A DNA stretch of 53,835 nucleotides, counting the filler, from Sphacelaria rigidula (taxonomy: Eukaryota), in the NCBI GenBank assembly GCA_964200075.2. It is 4 parts of 4 records of this genome, joined end to end, with 100 filler letters (N's around TTAATTAATTAA, not from the genome) between each part and the next. Parts side by side here need not be neighbours in the genome. Positions count along the whole stretch, not along the records: positions 40,454 to 53,835 come from CAXNAA020002923.1; 3 more parts are not named here. One strand, given 5' to 3'. The notes below the pieces were generated by a model. The model had not been told where the DNA came from. It made no database searches and saw only the letters and a program-made list of their open reading frames with translations. Position 1 is the first letter of the stretch, and the number at the start of each line of letters is the position of its first letter. Positions 48,795-53,835 of this stretch are shown here, in pieces. The translations under genes and the position numbers were made by a program.

Positions 48795-51700
48795 TGTAGC
48801 AGGCGTGAAAAAAGCCGTCTCCGCTCGCTCTAAACCAACTGCAATGGGTCGAGTAGATGGGCAATGGAGTTCATTACAGGAGTACTTTGCCGAAAATGCG
48901 GGCGCGGAGTGCGCTTTCCTCGAATCTGACCGTATGTTCAAGGCTGGTCCAGCACGCATCATTACCGGAGCTATGGTCGCCGGCCTGAACCCACCTGAGT
49001 TCAAGAATAAAGTTCAAAATATACTCTATTTGAAACGAGACCGCAAAGAGAGCCCGTGAGTGGTTTATCAGGTTGCTCATGACTTGGCGGAAGAATGGAG
49101 AATGGAAGACTGTTGAGTAGGTTGACAAGCACCGCCGCCAGCAACCGCAACTGAGGCAAAAAAGCGGCTGACAAGGCTCGAAAAAACCGACATCGATGCC
49201 GGCGCAGCGGCTGCGACCGCCGCAGCGGGCAGTCGCGATTCGAGCTCAAAAAAGCCCAACGAACCTGATCGGAGCTATGCACGTTGCTACGAGTGTGGCA
49301 ATAAGAGCCACTACAAGAAGGAGTGTAACAAAAAAAAAATCCCAGATCGCTCCGGGAATTGAAGCCACTACCCAACCGTCAGAAAGTTTCGACCTTACCA
49401 ACTGAGCCACCGGGGCGACCGGTGCCCGAGGGTTAATTGGGTTTGCCAAAGATTTGAAGCTCATACCGTCTCTGGATGCGCTGTCGCGATACACGCGCCC
49501 TATACAACAAACAGACCACATCTGCGGCGACGGTGAGTGAATCAGGTGGGCAAGCACAGTCGTCGCCGCCGCCGCAGCAGCAGCAACAGCAATAGGTCCA
49601 TGGTCAGCGGGGGGGCAGTAAAGGTCCTCCTCCCACACGGGCTGTCATCCCCGATGATTGAACGTAACGGGGTGCTAACTGTGCGGATAGCATGGTGCCG
49701 CCCCAGCCTTCCGCTCCAGCTCCTGCAGCTCAAACCCATCTGCCAACGGGACCGGCCCAGGAGTGGACGTCTCAGACAGTGCCGGTATGTAGGAGCTTGC
49801 ACACCACTGAGGTTACAGATTTACAGGCTGAGGGTTTGGTAGTTGACAGCAAGCAGCGATGCTGCCGGGCAGACTTGTCTATTCCTGGTTCTCAACCAAC
49901 AATGTTTGCCTTGTGACTGCCGTTTTGGATTCGGGGGCTAGCATCACTAGTATGTCTGAAAACGTGGCAGCCCAGTTGCGAGCAGTGTTCCCCGATGTGC
50001 CAGTTGTCACGAGCATGACTCGTGCACACACGGTGAAACTAACCGATGGTCATGTACGGAGTATGTAGTCGAAGACGTGCCTAGTGCGCACCGCTCTACA
50101 CACCGGCTGGGGGCCGGTGGTGCTGGATCCGTGTCATTATGCGGTTATGCCAGGTGCCGATGATGTGGTGATCATCGGGAGCGATACGCTGGAGGCCATG
50201 GGCATTGACGTGTACAGTGGGCTGGAAGCATGCGCACGCTCAACACACGCGTTGGTGAGAGGTTTGGATACGCCTGAATTCCGGAATGTAGGCGTGTGAG
50301 AATCGCGATTGAGGCGTTAAAGGATCCCGGTGGAGCCTGTGGATCCATCGGTTGAGCGGTTGATATCGCGTGGTCCCGGGATGGACATGACTCCAGAGGA
50401 GGAACTGGCAGAGCGTCGTGTTGCATAGGATCATACGGTACAGGTGGCCGCGAACAAGGGTATGTCGGTGAGCGGCGTTGGTAAGCTTCGGGACGTTGTC
50501 GGAACCGTGTCGACGCTTTTCGGCGAGCACTGCGCGGTGATCCGCCTGCTCGTGTAGAGCCATTGAGAGGGTGGGATTCAAGCTTGGGGCGAGAGCAGTC
50601 AAGGCGAGCCCACGGGTGTATCCCCCTATGAAGGCCGCGTGGTTGGCGACGTTGGTGGCGCTTGGGCTCGAATTTCGCAACTTACAATAAGTTTGGGCGA
50701 ATGCGGCCATGGCGACGCCGAAGAAGGGCGGTTATCGGTATGTGAATGACTATCGCGCGGTCAACAAGCAGATTGAGAAGGTTCCCAATGTCATGCCTAA
50801 CCACGAGACGGAAATGGTCGATCTGCAAGCAGCTCCTGCAGCTCAAAATTGATATGCTCCAGCTCCTGCAGCTCGGGCAGTACGATTACTTCATCAGGTA
50901 CATAGCTGGTGAGCGCAACAGCTGGGGAGATTTTTTGTCAAGGTGGGTAAAGGTTCCGATGGTGTCTGTGCATGCTGTGGCCGTGTTTGCGAGCGGTCAG
51001 CCTGATAAAACGCTGCCGTCGAAGGACGCGATCCGTGAGGCCCAACGGCAGGCTTAAGCCGGGTTCGGAGTGATGGTTGCTGGAGCCCCTAGTTTTGCAG
51101 CAGCTGTTGGGCGAGTTTCGAAAGATGGTGAGGGTTTATTTCGCGTGCATGTAGCAGGGCGGAATGTGTTGTGGATCCCGCCGCAAGGAAAAGAGCTGAA
51201 AACATGCTTGATGGTGTGTGCTCACAGGAAGGGGGCGGGCCACCGGGGTGTTGTGGCGACACTGCAGCGGCTGCAAGAGTATTGCTATTGGTTTCGGATG
51301 GAAGCTCATGTGACAGATTTTGTGAGGAAACGCTTGCATTGTGTCGACTCGAAAGCGGGTGAGATGGTCCCGCGGCCACTAGGGTGGATAGTGCATGGCA
51401 CGCGGCCCGGCGAGGTGATGCATTTTCATTATCTGTACGTTGGCGAAAGTGGTCCGCTGGGCGAGAGCGATGTGGATCAAGGCGACGAGTACGAGTACAT
51501 ATTTGTAATCATGGATGATCTGTGCAATTTCGTGTCGTTGGAGCCCACCGAGTCTTGTACAGCTGGAGCGACGGTGCAGCATCTGTTGGCGTAGTGCACG
51601 GCGTTGGGCCCGCCGAGGTCTGGGTGAGTGACATCGCATCGTATTTCAAAAACCGTGTGATGCGAGCACTGGGGAAGGCGCTAAAGCTGGACAATGGGTT

Positions 51701-51999
51701 CACGGTCCCCAACTCGCCGTGGTCAAACGGTACGTGTGAAAGGATGATGCGAGAGGTTGTCCGTACTATGAAGGCCATGCTGGAAGACGAGAGGCGCGAC
51801 GCTCGTGACTGGGTGGGATTGCTGCCTGCTGAACGCGGCATGCCGCGAGCGCTACGTAGGTGCGCCGCGCACAAGTTTATCGACCCTGGCATCGTCGACC
51901 GGCGGCGAATGGCGACTTGATGTGCTGGATGAGAATATGCTGCGGGATAAGGTGGCATAAATTGTGGAAGCGCAGCAAGCGTTGCACACAGCAGTGTAT
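48795..51999 (+). mobile_element. Degenerate Ty3/gypsy-like LTR retrotransposon C (internal region)
   Basis: gag homologous to B (AMGRVDGQW...FKAGPARIIT); knuckle CYECGNKSHYKKEC; protease VLDSGAS ~49920; RT start DPPARVEP and NDYRAVNKQ; RNase H end YIAGERNSWGDFLSRW; integrase AHRKGAGHRG...VWVSD...NGTCERMMREV; many stops. Confidence 0.9.
49333..49505 (-). mobile_element. 173-bp insertion carrying the same tRNA-like head, inside gag of element C
   Basis: TSD AACAAA (49327-49332 and 49506-49511); removing it restores ...KKECNKQTTSAATVSESGGQ, collinear with B gag. Confidence 0.8.
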
Positions 52000-53835
52000 T
52001 GACAACTGCCTCACACTGACACCATGCACATCAGTCACACGTGCATGCTAATATTTTACTCAGCAGCTTCTTTGCAGAAACCACCATGTATCATGCGTGC
52101 CAACAAGAGCAACACAACACACAGATCCAGGAACGACATCACCACCACCTACAATCGTCCGCAAAACGACTCAGGTATACAAGTCATGATGTGCTTGCGC
52201 ATTATCAACAAGCAACTACACCAGTACTTGCTCCTAAGCATCACCTGTGGACTTCTGTCACTCAACATCAGATTGCCGTGTGGACTCCTCCCACCACGGA
52301 CACATGGACTTCAGCAGCTTTAGTTATTCATATATAAACCCTCAGCACAGTACAGGAGAACAGGATCATAGCTGCTATACAACAGAGTAGCAAAACTGGC
52401 TCTACTCGTCATGGAGGTCACCATCACAGAGGCTGGCAATCAGACCCGCAACTCCACCTACAATGTCCCTGACCTTGGGTAACAATGGTTGCTAGGTCTT
52501 CAGCACCCCCAAAGCTCTCTACTACCAACAAGTAGTCACATCAGAGCTTGACAAACTCAGACATCATTGTTGCCTGAGAGTACCGTCGTTTTCCGCAGAG
52601 AATAGCAATCTCTTCCGCTGCTTTCGACGACAGCTCCATACAAGCTTGTCCCACTTCCGAACAACTCCCAAGAGATTCCAAGAAAATATCGTCCATCATG
52701 CACATGCAATCACGCTACTTGCACCACTTCGAGTTACAAAGCGATAGCATAGCTAGCGCCGAATTCTCGAATCTTCGCCCAAAACAAGTCTCTTGACTCT
52801 TCATCGGCAAGAAACCGGAAACGTCAGCGAACGTCAAATCCCAGAGAATTCGTGACTCATCGTCCATCGCGTCCGAGACAAGGTTTTCTCAACATACAGA
52901 ATGCACTCTTTGTACGTTCAACACCTGCGCGATGGAGTGCAACAGCCAAATGATACATCATCCTCACGCTTGAAGGAAATATCCACCCAACACGTCTGAA
53001 ACGCACCTGGCCTCTTGCTTCTGCAACACCGTAAACAACGTATGCATCGCATGCCTCCCCGCCATCAGAGCTTCAATGCTTCAACTTGCCATCATTTCAT
53101 TCAGACAGTCAAAGGAAAGCCATGACTCAAACCGCTATTGAAGTCGTGCACTCAAATCCAACGACGGTGAACGGACCTCGACGTCAGCCATCACTCATCA
53201 CCCGTAGTGATCTCGTTTTCGAACTCTTGTTTTCGAGCAAATCCCGGACATTTCTATATTTCGTTTGGATCTTGGACCGTCATATTCCATCCGTGCATCA
53301 GCCAAAATGTAGAAATAATTATTTCCTCAACACTGTCCACCTGCACCAGTTCTTCGAACAAATGAACGCATCATCCACATGCTCCTTCTGACATGAACGA
53401 CAAACCCACCACGTGCTCGTTCAAACACGTGACAATCCATACAAAAACGTGCCACGGTCAAGGATCATTGACGCATGCGCGCATCATGTCTTCATCTTCA
53501 ACCACCGAAAGCACTCGCGTCATACCTGCTCACATACGACGACCCTACGCATTTTGTTTCTTTCAGCTCATTTCCACGCTAACAGCAGGTGTCACCGTCT
53601 CCTACAGTCAGTACGAGCTTACGCATTCCATAGTTTTTGCTCAGTTTTTACGCCAACAGCAGCAATCCATATATCCTGCAGTCAGTACGTGCAAACCGCG
53701 CAAATATGATTCGACTGTGTTCCTGCGCGAACAAGATTATACGAGCTTCTCTTCATTTAGCATACAGCAGCATATTGAAAACTGCCCCACCCTAGGTCGT
53801 CACCAGATACCGTTCATATCAGTACCATTCGGGCA
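52000..53835 (-). mobile_element. Highly degenerate gypsy-like element D (3' LTR ~52000-52243 and pol remnant)
   Basis: 52000-52243 has TGA...TCA ends and its right end resembles 40460-40481; purine tract (minus) near 52503-52520; the downstream sequence is weakly pol-like. Confidence 0.5.
52246..52502 (-). repeat. 257-bp LTR (copy 2), probable solo LTR
   Basis: TG...CA ends, same family as 42803-43059; flanks TCACC and GCACC (5-bp TSD with one mismatch). Confidence 0.85.

Noticed and set aside
42803-52502. One intact 9.7-kb element bounded by the two 257-bp LTRs
   Set aside because: Outer flanks (TTCAT and GCACC) are not a TSD, the interior holds opposite-strand elements with other LTRs, and copy 2 has its own TSD.

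Overview
Repeat-rich eukaryotic genomic DNA with long GT-AG introns and three scaffold gaps. The intron and repeat style suggests a brown alga or another stramenopile (inference). It holds one intact 8-exon alternative oxidase gene (AOX, + strand, 14403-23191). A second multi-exon gene (+, 30163-39022) encodes seven ~56-aa beta-propeller-type repeats, mostly one per phase-0 exon, with several exons carrying frameshifts or stops. From about 40.45 kb to the end is a nest of at least four degenerate Ty3/gypsy (chromovirus-like) LTR retrotransposons, one interrupted by a 2.6-kb TA-flanked TIR transposon with an intron-containing, internally deleted transposase. The rest is MITEs, foldback elements, tRNA-derived repeats, a solo LTR and microsatellites. 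The most unusual signals are: the blade-per-exon propeller gene; a co-varying 14-bp palindrome in place of the tRNA primer-binding site in two LTR elements; LTR copies landing at the ends of other LTRs; and a tRNA minihelix inside the DNA transposon. All calls come from manual reading, with no database searches.
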